Under the pieces are notes generated by a model that did no database searches, was not told where the DNA came from, and saw only the letters and a program-made list of their open reading frames with translations. 64,000 nucleotides of DNA from the human T2T-CHM13v2.0 reference genome, Homo sapiens: NCBI RefSeq assembly GCF_009914755.1, contig NC_060926.1. One strand, 5' to 3'. Positions 44,960 through 62,335 of this stretch are shown piece after piece. The position numbers and the translations under genes were made by a program. Numbering within the stretch: the first letter of the stretch is position 1; every line of letters begins with the position of its first letter.

Positions 44960-45390
44960 GATGTCATAGTTATCTGTTGCTGCCTGACAAATCCTTCTGA
45001 ATGAGCAGTTTTGGGTAACAACCATTTACTTGCTCATTTGCTGCCACTTGGCCTGGGACACTCAATGTTATTTAGCTGCTCTGCTGGTATGGGATGGTTC
45101 AAGGTGACTTCCTTCTCATTGCTGGCTGCTAGGTAGGGCGGCTGTTAGCCAAGAGGTCTAAGTGGGTCTCTCCGTGGCTTCTGCAGGAGGATCGTTTGGG
45201 TTTCTTGCATGGTGGCAGCAGTTTACAAGACAGCAAACCCTAATGAGCCTATGAAGTCTCTGTGTCCTGTTTGCTGATATCCTACTGGGTAAAGCAAGTC
45301 ATATGATCAACCTCAAGCCAATGTTGGGGGGTACTACAAAAGACTTTGCCCAATTCATTGTGGGCATTAGCAGAGAAATCCACTACATGC
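44960..45390 (-). mobile_element. Old MLT1 (J/K-type) LTR
   Basis: tagttatctgttgctgcctgacaaa...gctgatatcctactgggtaaagcaagtcatatg. Confidence 0.55.
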
Positions 45391-46794
45391 AGTACAGTGT
45401 TTAGTTTTGGACTCTGTGTGTCTGTACATGTCTGGGACCAGTAGCTGCTTCTTCATGCACATTTCCCTAAAATCCCTGCCTCTCACCTGCCTCATGACTA
45501 CAGAGACACAGCCACTTGGTTGCTAAGGAGAGGAAGAATGTTTATAACGCTTATTAACTCACAGAGTTTAGCTTAGCTATGGGGGGAATCTCTAGACCCT
45601 AATTTCCTTCCCAAAACATAACCCCCATTCCCTGTCCCAAGCACAATGTTGTTTGGCTTTAATTCTGTCCTTGATAAATACTTGCTACCAAGGGTGGAGT
45701 TCTGCAGCCTTCTCCAACCCAGCTCCCCAACCCATCCTGCACCTCTCACCTCCCTTCCTCCAAACAGACAGGCCTGCTCTGATTATCTTTTCTGAATTGA
45801 AACTGCATAAAACCCTTCTGCAATGAACCCTCCCCTTCTTTCCCTCTCTCCTCTTTCTTTCTAACCTCCAGCTCTGCCCTTTGTACTTTTTAGCATTCTT
45901 ATTATAGATGAAGGTTAGAGAGTGCAATGCTTATCCATCCTTCATTCTCAAGTGTGGCTGGGTTTATGTGCTATTCAGGAAGCCGTGGGTACTTCAATGA
46001 TGAACAGAGCAGAGGACACTTATGAGCAACTGTGGAGTAGTTAAAATGACTGATGGAGAAATATGAGGTGGTGTTCAGCCTCCGGTCAGGTCACTGAAGA
46101 TAAAGGAAGGAGTAATTAACATGGTTGGGTAATGCTTCTTGCAGAGAAGAAGCCTCTGCTGGCTATAAGCAGTCAGCAGGAATGGGGGTCAGGAAAGGGA
46201 ATGAGGTGATTTGGAGAAGCCTCATTAGCATGAAAATGAAGGAAGGGGTGAGACACCGATCATGAACAGAGGCGCGAGCTGGTCAAGTGTTGCCACTGAG
46301 AAGGTTACAGCATTGAGGGAGTAATTTGCAACCCTTATGCTCTAATATCAAGGTAGAATAAGAATCCGAGTTCCTCTATTCCAACTCTTCATATTGACTA
46401 ATGACATTTTCTTTACGAGGACTCTGCTAATTGAGAAGGGAAAATGAATGTCAGCTCAATGCTAATTCCCTTTGAAATTAACCTTGACTGGAGGCCACAG
46501 TTGGAATTAGTTTTTCATCCCCCAAAGTTCTAAACCATGCTGACACTCCTGCAGGAATCACAAGGACTCCATCTCCCGTCTCTGTCCCAAGAGACTCCTC
46601 TTTCCATCCTGCTGAGTCGGAAAGAGATGGGAAAGCTGGCATGATCACAGAGGGACTCTCTGCCTTGCCTGCTTTTGGCCATCCTCTGCCTTCAGCCTCT
46701 ATGTTTCTCCTGACTCTGAGTTGCAGTATGAAGTGAGATGAAGAGGGTCTCCCTCTCCACAGGCGTATTCACCAGCTATTGGCCTTGCCGACAA

Positions 46795-47290
46795 GATGGT
46801 CTCAGCTTGTGGCCACACGACATCTGTGTCAGAATCACCTGGGGAACATTGTTGAAAGTTGCTTTCTGGATCCATCCTACACATTCTGGATCAGCATTCT
46901 TGTGGGAGCTGTGGAATCTGCATTTTTTTTTTTTTTTTTGAGACAGGTCTCAATCTGTTGCCCAGGCTGCAATGCAGAGGTGTGAACATGGCTCACTGCA
47001 GCCTTGATCTCTGCAGGCTCAAGCAATCCTCCCACCTCAACCTTATGAGTAGCTGGGACTGCAGGCACACGCCACTATGCCCAGCTAATTTTTGTATTTT
47101 TGTAGAGATAAGGTTTTGCCGTGTTGCCCAGGCTGGTCTTGAACTCCTGGGCTAAAGTGATCCTCCTGCCTCGCCCTCCCAAAGTGCTGGGATTATAAGC
47201 GTGAGCCACTGTGCCTGGCTGCAACCTGCATTTTTTAGAAAGCTCCCTTAGTGATACTTTCGTGTACTTCAAGTCTGAGACTGCTCCTCT
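46795..47290. mobile_element. MER5-like hAT MITE split by an AluJ
   Basis: cagaatcacctggggaacattgttgaaa...aatctgcattttt[Alu]aacctgcattttttagaaagctccc...aagtctgagactgct. Confidence 0.7.
46923..47220 (-). mobile_element. AluJ
   Basis: catggctcactgcagccttga...ggctcaagcaatcctcccacc; ctcctgggct. Confidence 0.92.
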
Positions 47291-47746
47291 GGGACACACC
47301 CTCTCACTGAATTTTCTCTCTCCATCTGTTTCCTTCTCCTCACTCAGACCCAGTACAGCTTGGCAACACCGCAGGGAACTGCATGCAAAGTTGGTCTTCT
47401 CCTTGGGCAGTGTGGCATTCCCCATTTATTCTTCTACCAGGATGAATTCCTTGTTGCAATTCTCATCCTTGCTTGTGTGAATAAAGGCTCTAGCATTGTT
47501 TCCTAACTTGGGAAGAAGGGCAGGAGCCTGGAGGCACTTTAGTCTTGTAGGCCAGGCCTTTACCTGAGGCCGTGATGGAAACAGACCTCAAAGGAGAGAC
47601 ATGAACAGTCCACCATGCAGGGGCTGTGTCTGCACACCTTCCTCAGCAGCACAGATAGATACTCTGCAAACCTCCCCAGGTCTGCTGGCAAATTCTCTGC
47701 CCCCACTGGGCTGGTTGCTCTTTGAAGACAGTGGTGGTATTTGCTG

Positions 47747-48231
47747 GCATATTAGGCTTCTCCAGAGAAATGGAACCCATGCGCTATCTATATATCAAAT
47801 CTATATCTGTATCTATAGTATCTTTCTACACATACACTTATCTAGCTATCTGGAGAGATGTTAAGGAATTGGGCATGCAACTGCGGGATCTGACAAGTCC
47901 AAAATCCACAGACCAAGCAGTAGGCTGGAGATTCAGGTAAAAGTGGATTTTGTGGTCTTGAGTCCAAAGGCTGGAAACTAGGCAGAATTTCTGTGTTGCA
48001 GTCTGGAGGCAGCATTCCATCTTCTTTGGGAAACCTCAGTCTTTGCTTTTACAGTATTCAACTGATTGTATGAGGTCCACCCACATTATAGAGGGTCATC
48101 TGCTTTACTCAAAGTCTACCAATTCAAGTGTTAATCACATCTAAAAATACCTTTACAGCAACATCTAGGCTGGTGTTGGACCAAACGTCTAGGCACCATA
48201 GTCCAGCCAAATTGACACATAAACCATCACA
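47747..48231 (-). mobile_element. MLT2 LTR
   Basis: tattaggcttctccagagaaa...ctgctttactcaaagtctacc...gccaaattgacacataaaccatcaca. Confidence 0.85.
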
Positions 48232-48329
48232 GCTGGTTTTTTTCTAATCACTTTTTAAAGACTCCCCCCTAGTGCCTGCTGCTGCTTTGATAGAAAAGAA
48301 AAATCATTAAATATATAGAAAGGGGTTGA

Positions 48330-48722
<393 letters not shown>

Positions 48723-48913
48723 TTATGTTGTCCTGTCCCCAGGGGTAGCATTTATTGTTGATCGCTGGCATCTGCAGAGAGCCAGAGAGGATCTATATCC
48801 CATTCTCTCCCAGAGCAAGCAGAGTTTTCTTCTTTGGTGCCAGAAGTGCTGATGAGTTAAGCCCTCCTAGGCGAGGAAGAGAAAGCCAGGTTGGCTGGCC
48901 ATCTGACGCTCTG

Positions 48914-49057
48914 CAGCTCTTGGCCCTGATATCTATTTGTACCTTGTGCTTTGAGAGATTAGCGCTTATGTTTTCTGAAAGTGGAGTGCCGTTTCTGTGA
49001 ATTCAATCAAGGTATATATTCTCTGCATGTGCTGCATGAAACTGCACTTAGCAATTT
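48914..49057 (+). repeat. Copy 1 of a ~143-bp local direct duplication; copy 2 at 49630-49771
   Basis: Hand alignment: about 14 substitutions and one 2-bp indel (~90%). Confidence 0.92.
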
Positions 49058-49489
49058 GCCACCTCTTCCAATTAAACTCTTTATCTCTTGGTGGGAAGGT
49101 GATAGCTGGAAGTGGCTCTTATTACAGGCAGAAATCTTATGCTTTTTCTTTTCCGAAATCATGCCCTGTTGTCTGAGCTGCAGGTTTGGATGCAAAATAA
49201 ATCTGACTTTCTAAAAGAGCCTTGATTTTTTCTTTCTTGCTATATGATAGCTATGTATTTAGGGAAAATCTTTTTGAGGCTTTTGCAAAGACATAAGTGT
49301 GTGGTTTCATGCCAATGCATATAGGAAACGTGTGCTACCGCTCTTCTGAAGCCTCTGGGGCTATTTGTGAGATCATGAGCTTCTTATTTATCATTCAGCC
49401 CTTTTCTGGTGGTTGACATTTCCTTGGACCTTTTCCTTTCTTCCTAAGGGAGTGGAGTAAGAAAAGGGGGACATAAGAACCAATGTCTG

Positions 49490-49635
49490 TTATTAAGGAC
49501 TATCAAGCACTTCACGTTTGCTATCTCATTCAATGCTCACAACTATGAAATGGTTACCAATGTATATGAATGTCCCCCTTTTATAGATGAGAAAACTGAG
49601 GATTGGAGAGAATAACTTGCCTAAGGACTCAGCTC
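49490..49635. mobile_element. MIR, cut off by duplication copy 2
   Basis: atctcattcaatgctcacaac...ttttatagatgagaaaactgagg...taacttgcctaaggactcagct. Confidence 0.8.
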
Positions 49636-49831
49636 TTGGCATTGATATCTATTTGTACTTCTTGCTTTGAGAGATTAGCACTTGTGTTTTCTGAAAGTGG
49701 AATGTACTTTCTGTGAATTCAATCAAGGTATATTCTGTGCGTGGGCTGCATGAAACTGCACTTAGCAATTTATATGACATCATACTTCTTAGAGGACAAT
49801 GCTGTTTTCTAGTTTCATTAAGAAAAAAATG

Positions 49832-50145
49832 GGCCAGGTTCAGTGGCTCATGCCTGTAATCCCAGCACTTTAGGAGGCTGAGGCAGGAGGATCGCTTGAG
49901 CCCAGGAGTTTGAGACCAACCTGGGCAACTTAAGGAAAACTTGACTCTACAAACAATTAAAAAGTTAGCTAAGCATGGTGACATGTACCTGTAGTCCCAG
50001 CTACTTAGGTGGCTGAGGTGGGAGGATTGCTTGAGCCCTCGAGGTGGAGGTTGCAGTGAGCCAGGATTGCACACTATACTCCAGCCTGGGTGACAGAGTG
50101 AGACCCTGTCTCCAAAAAATAAAAAAAAAATAAAAAATAAAAAAC
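49832..50145 (+). mobile_element. AluJ
   Basis: ggaggatcgcttgagcccaggagtttgag; ggaggattgcttgagccc. Confidence 0.92.
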
Positions 50146-50604
50146 AACACGAGAAAAGGATTTTGTCTCAATTGTGCATGCCTGGTTATTGGTCAGGGTC
50201 CTAGTTGGCTGTGGCGTGATCACAGGAGGAACTCTTTCCTCCTGCTTGGATATCAGAGTATTCCTTGCCTACATCATTCCGAGGTTGCTGTGTGGGCTGG
50301 ATCAGGACAAAGAATGGACTTTGATCTCTAGCTCACTCTAGCTCTCAACATTATTTGACAAAATGTGAAACTGAACAACAAGAACGATTTAGTCCAGTGT
50401 ACAAAAGAAGGCCTGAACCATATTGTTCAGGTAGGTCACATTTGCTAAGAGGCTGTTTTCCTGAAAAAATAAGCTTTACAAACGACACCTTCCCCCACTC
50501 CCCCAACACCCACTATATTGCAAAAAATTTGGAAAATATAGTTGAAAAATAACCTTTCCCATAATTACATCATTCACATTACTGTCAACATTTTGACATT
50601 ATTG

Positions 50605-50810
50605 CCAGTGGCGTACTGAAGTCGGCTTGAGCCAGCTTGGGAAAGCCGATTGTGTACAACTATCCCCCGTTCTATGTTCAGAGACATAGTGACAACATGT
50701 TGGCAGCTAGAAATGCCATGGTGGGAGGACTCAGAGCGCAGCAAGTGGCACATGCCAACAAACCAGTTACAAACCAAAGGCTTAAAATAATTAAACACAC
50801 CCGGTCTTCT
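50605..50810. mobile_element. MER63-like hAT relic
   Basis: ccagtggcgtactgaagtcggctt...aagccgattgtg...ttggcagctagaaatgccatggtgggag. Confidence 0.6.
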
Positions 50811-50909
50811 AGTCTTTTTCTCTGTTTTAAGCCTAGCGTGTCTAAGTTTTAATTTAACATAAAAGCACAAGTATTTCCTTTTGGTATTAAAAAAAAACCT
50901 TATAAACAC

Positions 50910-51675
<766 letters not shown>

Positions 51676-51761
51676 CAAGAACCAATTTTTAATAGAAATA
51701 AAATTCTTCACAGAATAGATGTACCATAAATTATTTAGTGTTTTAAATTATGGCACTTACT

Positions 51762-52098
<337 letters not shown>

Positions 52099-52969
52099 TC
52101 AGCAAGCATATTTATGTACATAGATTCCAGAAATAGACTTACCCAGTAAGTCAATCCATGAAACTATTTTACAGACCATAAAACTGGGATGCAGGGAGTT
52201 CTGTGGCTTCTTATGAGTGTGCCTTGTGTTTTTCCTAAGCAGAAAGCCCAGCACTCTGAGTGCCACTTGTCTCTCTACTCCTTTCTTTCCTGTCAGCTCT
52301 GGAGTTCCCTAAAGCCAGTGACTTGTACTTTGTATCCTTGCTAACCAAGGCAATGTTTGGCTTATAGAAAGTGCTTAATAAATGGTAGTTAATTGAACAG
52401 TGCCTCATTTATGTCTAAAAGAGGTGTACCAATTTTTAATATTCCCTGCATTCCCACCAAATCCTAGAAGATATTGAGAAGATGAATAAAGTCAACACAA
52501 AAGGCAACCTGTTTTAGGAGGTGAGAAATATGTCATCTTGTTAGTTTGCAAGAGAAACGTATAAACTAGTCACAGGTGCCCTCTTGAATGCTTGGAGAAG
52601 ATTGGAGGTCTTAACATTGGACAATTGTGAGCTGTGACCCACCCAGCTTCTGCAGGGAGCTTTCCCTGACTGCTTCAGTATTCCTGGTCCTTTTTTCTTC
52701 TGAAGTTCAAGTGTCTGCCCCAATCAGATACCATAACATTAAAACAGCCTGCCCCACTCTACTGACATGTGGCCAATGGCTGGGAAAGGTGAACCTTGGT
52801 TTGCTGCTGTAGTTTGACAGCCACACTCTCAGCTTCTTCTCTGTCCTGGATCACAGTCCATTAGATTTCCTCCCAAATCTTGACCCTGGATTTTGTCTGC
52901 TAGTTTTCTCTTTTCTCCTGATATTTGAACTCGAGATTTTCTGGATTTCAGCCTACTTGATCTGTATCA

Positions 52970-53160
52970 CAGTGGAGAGAATCCAACAGGTCTGAATCTG
53001 AATCCTGGCTTTGCCATTTACTAATTGCTTGGTCTTTGTGAAGTGATTTAACTCTCTGGGTCTCAGTTTCATGATCTGTAAAACAGTTTCATGATTATGA
53101 GAAAATCAAATGAGCTCTTGCATGTACTATGCATTCAATGAATAGAAGATTTTGCTGTTA
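52970..53160. mobile_element. MIR
   Basis: tgaatcctggctttgccatttactaa...atttaactctctgggtctcagtttc. Confidence 0.75.
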
Positions 53161-54439
53161 TTATTTTATAAGGAATTTGGGTCATATTCGCCTTCTGATT
53201 TTTTTTAAATGTTGGCTACCTTGAGTAGAAACCTTCAACCTAGCCTCCACCTTTGCTTCATCTTCAAATTCAAACCCTACCTTCTTACCAGTTGCATCTA
53301 CCCTGCTTCCCAGGTATGTATTAAGCCTGCTTTTGTACCACGTGGGTTTTACATTTGGTTTCTATTGTTTCACCAATGTGAGTTTAGCCTCCCTAGTAAA
53401 GACTCATACAACCGAGAGTAGGGACTGTCTTCTGCTTCTGCTCCTGCAGGAGGTGGATATTGGTCAATGAGATCCCAGGTCATAATCGTTGATTGACTGG
53501 GTTAAGAGTTCTTCTTAAAGGGAGATTAAACAATCTCCCCTCTTAATTTCATATTAATGATCTGGTTTAAATTTCTTTTCTTTTTTATTTTTTAAATCAA
53601 AATGAAGTTCAGTAACTAAGACTTCTTTCAAGGATTAAGCTCAGTCAGCCTAGAATGGGGTGTTCCTTTTCCCTTCACCAAGTCTGCATTGCTGCCCTGC
53701 TTCTTAATACTTCCTTTGTCTCTTATTACTCGACAGGGATTTGTATTTTTCATGCTGTCCCATTCAGTTTTCTTAATGACCTGTTGGGTTATTCCTGTTT
53801 TACAGACAATCTGAGGTTCAAGGTGAGTAAATAACTTGGCCAAGGTTATTCAGTAAGTAGGAGGGCAGGCATTATAAGTCCTATCTTTGTGATTCCAAAG
53901 CTTATACTTTGTCTATCAGAGGTCTTCTTTGAATCCCAACTTCATTATTTATAAAATGAAAATAAAAATGCCCTACTTATCACATCAGATAGTTGTGAAG
54001 GCCCAACAGGAGTCAGTCTGGGTGGGAGTAGTGAAGGCAACGTGTCTGAGGTCCTAGGCCTGGACAATGGTGGAGGAGAGCAGCTGAGATTAGAAGTAGC
54101 CAGACCTACACACATGCTGTTTGCAACTTGCAGTTCGCCTCTGTGTCTCGAGTAATGAGAGTGTCTACATTGGTCTTGGTAAAATGCAGGGCCACTAGGA
54201 TGGAGATGGAGACTGAGTGGGAAGTGACCCCAGAACTAGAAGTAGGGATGATGCAAGAGTAAAATGATGAAAGCTGGTTGAAGATGGGCCACAGTCTGCC
54301 TAAGAGATACCCCATTCTCTAATGAGGGGTGGCTGGAGATAATAAAAGAAACCTTCTCTGTATCGAATGATAAATGCATTGTCTGTAGTTATGCTAAAAA
54401 TTAGCTGCGTAGTCAATTTAACCAAGTGAAGTAGATGAA

Positions 54440-54610
54440 CCTATGATGGCCAATTAGTGGCTGCATTAACTTGGGGCAAGTTCTTCATCCTCTTAGGACC
54501 TCAGTTTCTACAGCTGTAGAAAGGGCTTCTTGTGAGGACTAAATCGAATAATATATGTGAAATATCTCACCACGTGAGACTTATAGCACATTTTCAAAAG
54601 TAGCGCTTAA
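54440..54610. mobile_element. MIR
   Basis: cttggggcaagttcttcatcctcttaggacctcagtttctacagctgtagaa...tgtgaggactaaat. Confidence 0.7.
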
Positions 54611-56267
54611 TGGGGATTCTCAATGCATTGACATCCAAGTCAATAATGGAAGCCTCCCGAGGTTGTTAGGAGCAGAAGCCATTGGGATGGAGACCAATGT
54701 CTTGTTGAGATGTTGGTATTCCCAGTGTTTGGAGTCGTCTAGCTGCTCTGTTTCCAGAATGGAGCCTGAACCCAGCTTATTCTTATTTGGGGCCACAGGC
54801 AAGGGTGGGGGTGACCCACCACAGATATGCTCTGTAACTGGCAAACCACTGTTCTGGGTGAAATTCAAGGACATTTCAAGGGAAGTCTTCACTTCCAGTT
54901 TAACTGATAATCATCAAGCCTGACCAACTGTATGTTGCAGAAGGAAAGTCTATTAGCTTTTGGGCCCCTGTTTAAAATCTCTTTGTGGGTTGGCTGGCTC
55001 CTTTTTTGTTTTTGAAAATAAGCAGAAACATTTGGAGATCAAGCCACTGCTTTCTTGAAATGTGCATAGTAAAACATTTGGCGCTTCCCGGAAGGGCAGG
55101 GGTGAGCACGTTGCTGGGGCCCCCGGCTGGACTGATGTGTTTGTTCTGTCAAGGGCTGTGGCATCAGCATCCTGGTTGGGATTTTTGCCAAAATAACCCA
55201 TAAAATAATTGAATCTCCTTTCCTCCCCCAGAAGGGTAAGTTGCACAGTTCCTCTCAACATGCTGTTAAGCACATTCAGGTCACATGTACGAAGGGATTT
55301 GGAAGTGGAAAGTATAAATCAACTGGGAAGGAAACAGTTCTCCTGAGTGTATGAAGTAGACGAAGCACTTCCTGGGCCTTTTGCAAAGCAAAGGAGAACA
55401 AATACAGAGGCCTCTGGGTCACGGTGGGAGATGCAGGGGAAATGAGAATACACGAAACCCTGCGTGGGCGTGCAGACTGGAGTGCACACACTGTGCAGGA
55501 AGCCATGGGACGCAGATGGAATCAGAAGTGGCCTCTCCCCAGGCTTCATGTGACCATGCTGGGGAACAAAACTGTGCCACAAGTGAGCATCAAGCATTGG
55601 CCTTGCTGGAAAACCAGCAGAGGCCTCACGACTGGGACTGCAAGGTTTCCTCTCCTGCTTCCTGCTTGGAGGTGGGTTGGGGTGGAGGGAGTGCAGAATA
55701 CCTAAGGGTCAGGCAGGGACCCCAGGGCCACCTCTGTCCCCTTCCCTGGTGGGAGGGATGTTCCATGCCAAGGCCTCCTCAAGGGTGGACAGCACAGTGA
55801 TTAATCCGTTTCCCAGTGCCTGGCACATGGCTGGCCTTCTGGGAGGCACATCTGCCTGGGTGGACACTGGCAGCATGCCCTCCTGGGCACTGGGGAAGGA
55901 ACAAGAATCTGCTCCTTGGGATCAACAGGCCTAGCCTCTGGGACTCTAGGCTGACCGTGGCTCTCCCTCTGAAACGAGGTCTCCTCTGTGTGGAAGGGGG
56001 CAGTTCCATCTACAGCCTTTTAGGGTTGCACTGCAGACTGAATGCCTTCATGTGTCAAGCGCCTCATACAGTGCCTGGCAGATAGCACTCAAAAATTAGT
56101 TCTGTTCTTCCTTGTTCCATTTCTAGGTTTTCCAAACCCTCTGAAAATTATTCGATCATGGGAAAAATGGACATAGCGTGGGCATCCAGACTGAGTGTCT
56201 GAATTTTCATCCAGGAGTTTTTATTTCCCAGCCTTATGACTTTGAGCAAATTACCTGCCTTCCCTGA

Positions 56268-56651
<384 letters not shown>

Positions 56652-57084
56652 TGACTTGGGCAAATAACTTAACCTCTTTCGGTCTCTTTCCTTAGCTGTA
56701 ACGTGAAGATAATAATGGTTCCTGCCTTCATCGGTTGTTATGGGGAATTAGAAGAGATTAATACTTGTAAAGTGCTTGAGAGTGCTATAAAAGTCTTAAC
56801 TTATTATTTCTTCATCTGTAATATAAAATGAGAATAACGCTTCCAGCCTTGGTCATTTGATAGATGTAAGTGACGGAATAAAAAGTCGGAAACACCTCTG
56901 AAGTCTATAGAGCACTCTACACACATGAGTCACTGTTTTATCATCCTCAGAGGCTTCCTAGAGCCACTTCTGTCGTCACCTGCTTCTCCAGTCACAACGG
57001 TAACTCCCTGTTTTGTGTCCCTCTGAATTTCTATTACAGCATCTGCAAATCTTATTGGCCTTTATGTTTACATGTCTGAGTTGG

Positions 57085-57406
57085 TGTTGTGGGACTTTTC
57101 CTTAGTTCAGCTAAAGACGGGGTCCTTGTCACATGGCCATGAAAGATTAGGCTCGCAGACAATTCAAAGGGTGAGTAAGGCAGGGTTTTATTGGATGAAA
57201 AGGAAGAAAAGGGGTTTTAGCAAAGCGAGAGAGTGTACTTCCTGCCTGTGTGCTTCCCGCCTTGCAGATTTAATCACATGTACCACCCAGGAAGAGGAGG
57301 AGCCAGGATCCTCCCTGCTGCAAATGGTGCAAACTTCTGTGGCTCCATCCCAGTGCACAGGCCGGGTGGAGTTTCCTTGGAGACCCCTTCTCACCTGGCT
57401 GTCTCC
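57085..57406 (-). mobile_element. MER61(A)-like ERV1 solo LTR
   Basis: tgttgtgggacttttccttagttcagctaaagacggggtccttgtcac...cacctggctgtctc. Confidence 0.8.
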
Positions 57407-57924
57407 CTGGGGAAACACTCCTTGTGCTGAAAGAATGCATCTAATTTGGCCCTGTATTCCCAGTGCCTAGCCAGGACTGTGCAATAAATATTTGTGGAAT
57501 GAGTGCAGAACTTCAGAGGAACCCAAGGTAGACCAGGAAGCCCTTGCCCACAGCTCTGGACCTTTCTGACTTATTGCTGCTTCTCTCTCTTCTAGTAAGC
57601 AAAGAAAAGCCTGACTACATTTCTAGCACCTTCATCTGGATATGTAATATTAACACAATAATAAATTTGAAAATACCTAGTCAGTGTTGGCATATAGTAG
57701 GTGCTCAGTTTAAAAAACGATGGGCCCAGGGAAGCCTTAAGCATACAAATCTCCTCATTAATTAACCCTGAGTTGTAACAGCCTTATTACTATTGCTGAG
57801 AAAATAACAATCTCTTTTAATTATGCTATCCAATATATATGCCGATTATAAGCTGTTGTCTGTTGTTCCAGTATTTTTGCACATATGTATATACTTATTT
57901 GCAAAAAGGGATCACGTGATATGT

Positions 57925-58245
57925 ATTTGTCCTCATCCATTTGGTTGCTATCACAAAACACCACAAACTGAGCAACAGAAATTTTCTTGCAATTCTGGAG
58001 GCTAGGAAGTCCAAGATTCTGTGCCTGCTGAAGGCCTGCTTTCTGGCTCATAGACAGCAATCTTTTCCTGTGTCCTTATATGGTGAAAGGGACAAAGGGT
58101 CTCTCTCAGGCCTCTTCTTACGAAGGCATTAATTCCATTCATGAGGGTTCTATAGTCATGACCTAATCACTTCCCCAAGACCCCACCTCCTAATACTATC
58201 CCCTGGGGATAGATTTCAACATAAGGAACATTCAGATCATAGAAG
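57925..58245 (-). mobile_element. MLT1A/MST-type MaLR LTR
   Basis: ttgctatcacaaaacaccacaaactgagc...ttctggaggctaggaagtccaag...catgacctaatcacttcccc. Confidence 0.75.
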
Positions 58246-58319
58246 TACGAGGAGTATTTTTCCAAGTCATTTTTTTTTCCTAGGGTGATTTTTCACTGGT
58301 TAATGTTATTTCATCAAGT

Positions 58320-60120
<1,801 letters not shown>

Positions 60121-60489
60121 CCCTCAACTTGTCCTAATAAACCCACTGCAGGGCCTGGGCAAAACTAGAAGTGTATTGGGACAGATGCATAGAAAGGTTA
60201 GCTTTGATTCCTGCCCTCAGGAAACACATGATGCAGGCATGTTTGCATAGAATTACTTTTCTGTGAGATTAGTGTTGGGACAGGAGCAATTGCAATCTAC
60301 CTATCCAGTACAGAAGATAAAACCAGTGATTGTTTATTTGTTATTTGCAGTAGTTTTTACTGGGTTAAGTTCCCTGTCTACTAAAACTGTATGCAGTCCA
60401 GTCCATGAAGTGGGATTAGTTATTCTGATTAATTCAAATTAGATGACCATCTTTAGAAGGCCCTGTTTTAAAATACAGATTTATTTTTA

Positions 60490-61001
60490 TTTAGGTATAG
60501 CAAGGCCAACACACCAGGAGATGACTTTTCTTGGAAAGGCAATTTGTTATACTCACCTACCCAAGAGGAGGGGTCACTTCATGCCATGAGGGCCCCAGTG
60601 GGGAAACACTGGGATCAATCAGGAGTCAGAGGGTGAGGGGAAATTGTGGGCGAGAGCCTTGATTATGGTTTCTGTGGGAAGATACTGATGGAAAAATCCA
60701 CCAGTAAGCTTGGGATTAGTTTGAATAATAGCAGCAGGCTTTGGGGCATAGGGGCTGTCACCCAATTTTTGGTTCCTGGCCCTGGGATGTTAGGGCAGGT
60801 GGCAAGTGGCCCAGGATATAAGAACCCGAGCAAGGAGGTTGTTGGGTCTGGGCTCTGGATTGGTTTGTTTGCATTTATGTGATCCCAGGTGAGTTGTTGA
60901 CCGTCTCTAGAAATTGATCCTGGAGGGGCAGTTCCTCCAGGGTCAGCAAGGCCCCAAGATCAAAGTGTCAGAATATGGAAATAAAATATGTTGCTAATAC
61001 A
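60490..61001 (-). mobile_element. MER76-like ERVL LTR
   Basis: tatagcaaggccaaca...cccaagaggagggg...ggggcataggggctgtc...ccagggtcagcaaggccccaagat...ctaataca. Confidence 0.78.
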
Positions 61002-62094
61002 AACTTGGGAAATACCTGAAGAGTGATGCCTCAAAACCAGGCATTGGCACTCAAATGGCATTTGCTGTCTTGCTTTAGGAGCCTCATTTGGCCAGACCAG
61101 GACAGTCCCTATTGTAAAATGACACGGACATTTGAGCGTTTTTAAGATCAGATGTGATACCTCAGGACCCCTCGCTTGGCATATGGGGATGTAGGGGTTA
61201 AGTGTGCGGCTGTACCTGTCCAATCCATAGGTCTTGGTTGTGGGTTATCAGGGAAGAGAAAAAGAAGGACTCCTTCCATGTGCACAGAGGTCTCAGGACA
61301 TGGCCCTTCTCTGCTTCACAAAAGCCCAAGTTCTTCCGCAAAGAAGAGAGAGAGTGGCATAAAGAACTGCCAGGTCAATGGTCTCATCCAAGTCATGGCG
61401 TTTCCTTTATTTCCTCATTCATTCCTTCAGGTGTGTGATATGTTAGCAAGTCCCTGGGTGCAAAGATGTGAATAAGATATGCCTCTTGCATCAAAGGGCC
61501 CCCCATCTAGTCGGCAAAAGAAGTAAGTAAATAGACCAGGTAGTGTGAAGTGTCAGCTAAGAGGTTGCATGTGGCATTTGACTCCATCATCCCCAGATCC
61601 CGTTGACCCCAAGCCCAATGCTAAGTGGGCTGAGTCACTGCAGAGGTGAGGTTCTGCGGAGGTGAGGCTCACCCAGGGACTGGACTCCATTGGTTTAGCT
61701 TTGAGAACCCCTTCACAACCAGAGCTGGGATCAAATCTGTGCAAGAGACCTTGTCCCCCTCATGGCTCCCTTCTACAGATGTGTGTCAAGGTCTGTGGAC
61801 TCTGCTGAGCTTAAACACACGTGTCTGTTTTGGCTCTTGGGCTCCTTCAGACAGAGGCTGAAAGAACCATTCGAGAGACAGGATGCTGACCCGGAGGCAC
61901 CGGCTTGACTATGGCTGCCTCCTGGTGGGTCCTTCCAGGGACAGAGGACTCTTGCCCCAGGGTCTGTAGAATAGTCGATTCACCGGCGTCTGTATCACCC
62001 TCTCAAACCTATTCACATTTACTCACTTACCAGCTGTTATTGAGGCAAAAATGACAAGCATAAAAATAATAACTGGAAAGGGCCAGATAAATAA

Positions 62095-62335
62095 TAACTA
62101 TGCTGATGTGAATACTTCTTGAGTAACCCCTTTACCAACTATGAACCATGTTCAAAGTCATTACACCATTCAAGTCTCACAACCACCACCTATCACATAG
62201 GCATTACCATTTCCCATTTTGCAAAATGGAAGATCAGAATATTTAGTGCCTTGCTCAAGATCACAGAGCTAGTAATAAAAAAATCACATTTTTCATTCTC
62301 CACTTCCGACTCAGTGATCTGGACAGTGCCCCACT
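62095..62335. mobile_element. MIR
   Basis: tctcacaaccacc...ttcccattttgcaaaatggaa...ccttgctcaagatcacagagctagtaa. Confidence 0.75.

Noticed and set aside
53073-53094. Tiny direct repeats (cagtttcatgat x2 here; ccaactctgag x2 at about 5491-5513)
   Set aside because: 11-12 bp slippage-scale duplications are common and uninformative.
57085-57406. p53-responsive MER61 LTR
   Set aside because: I found no paired RRRCWWGYYY decamers; p53 sites characterise other MER61 subfamilies.
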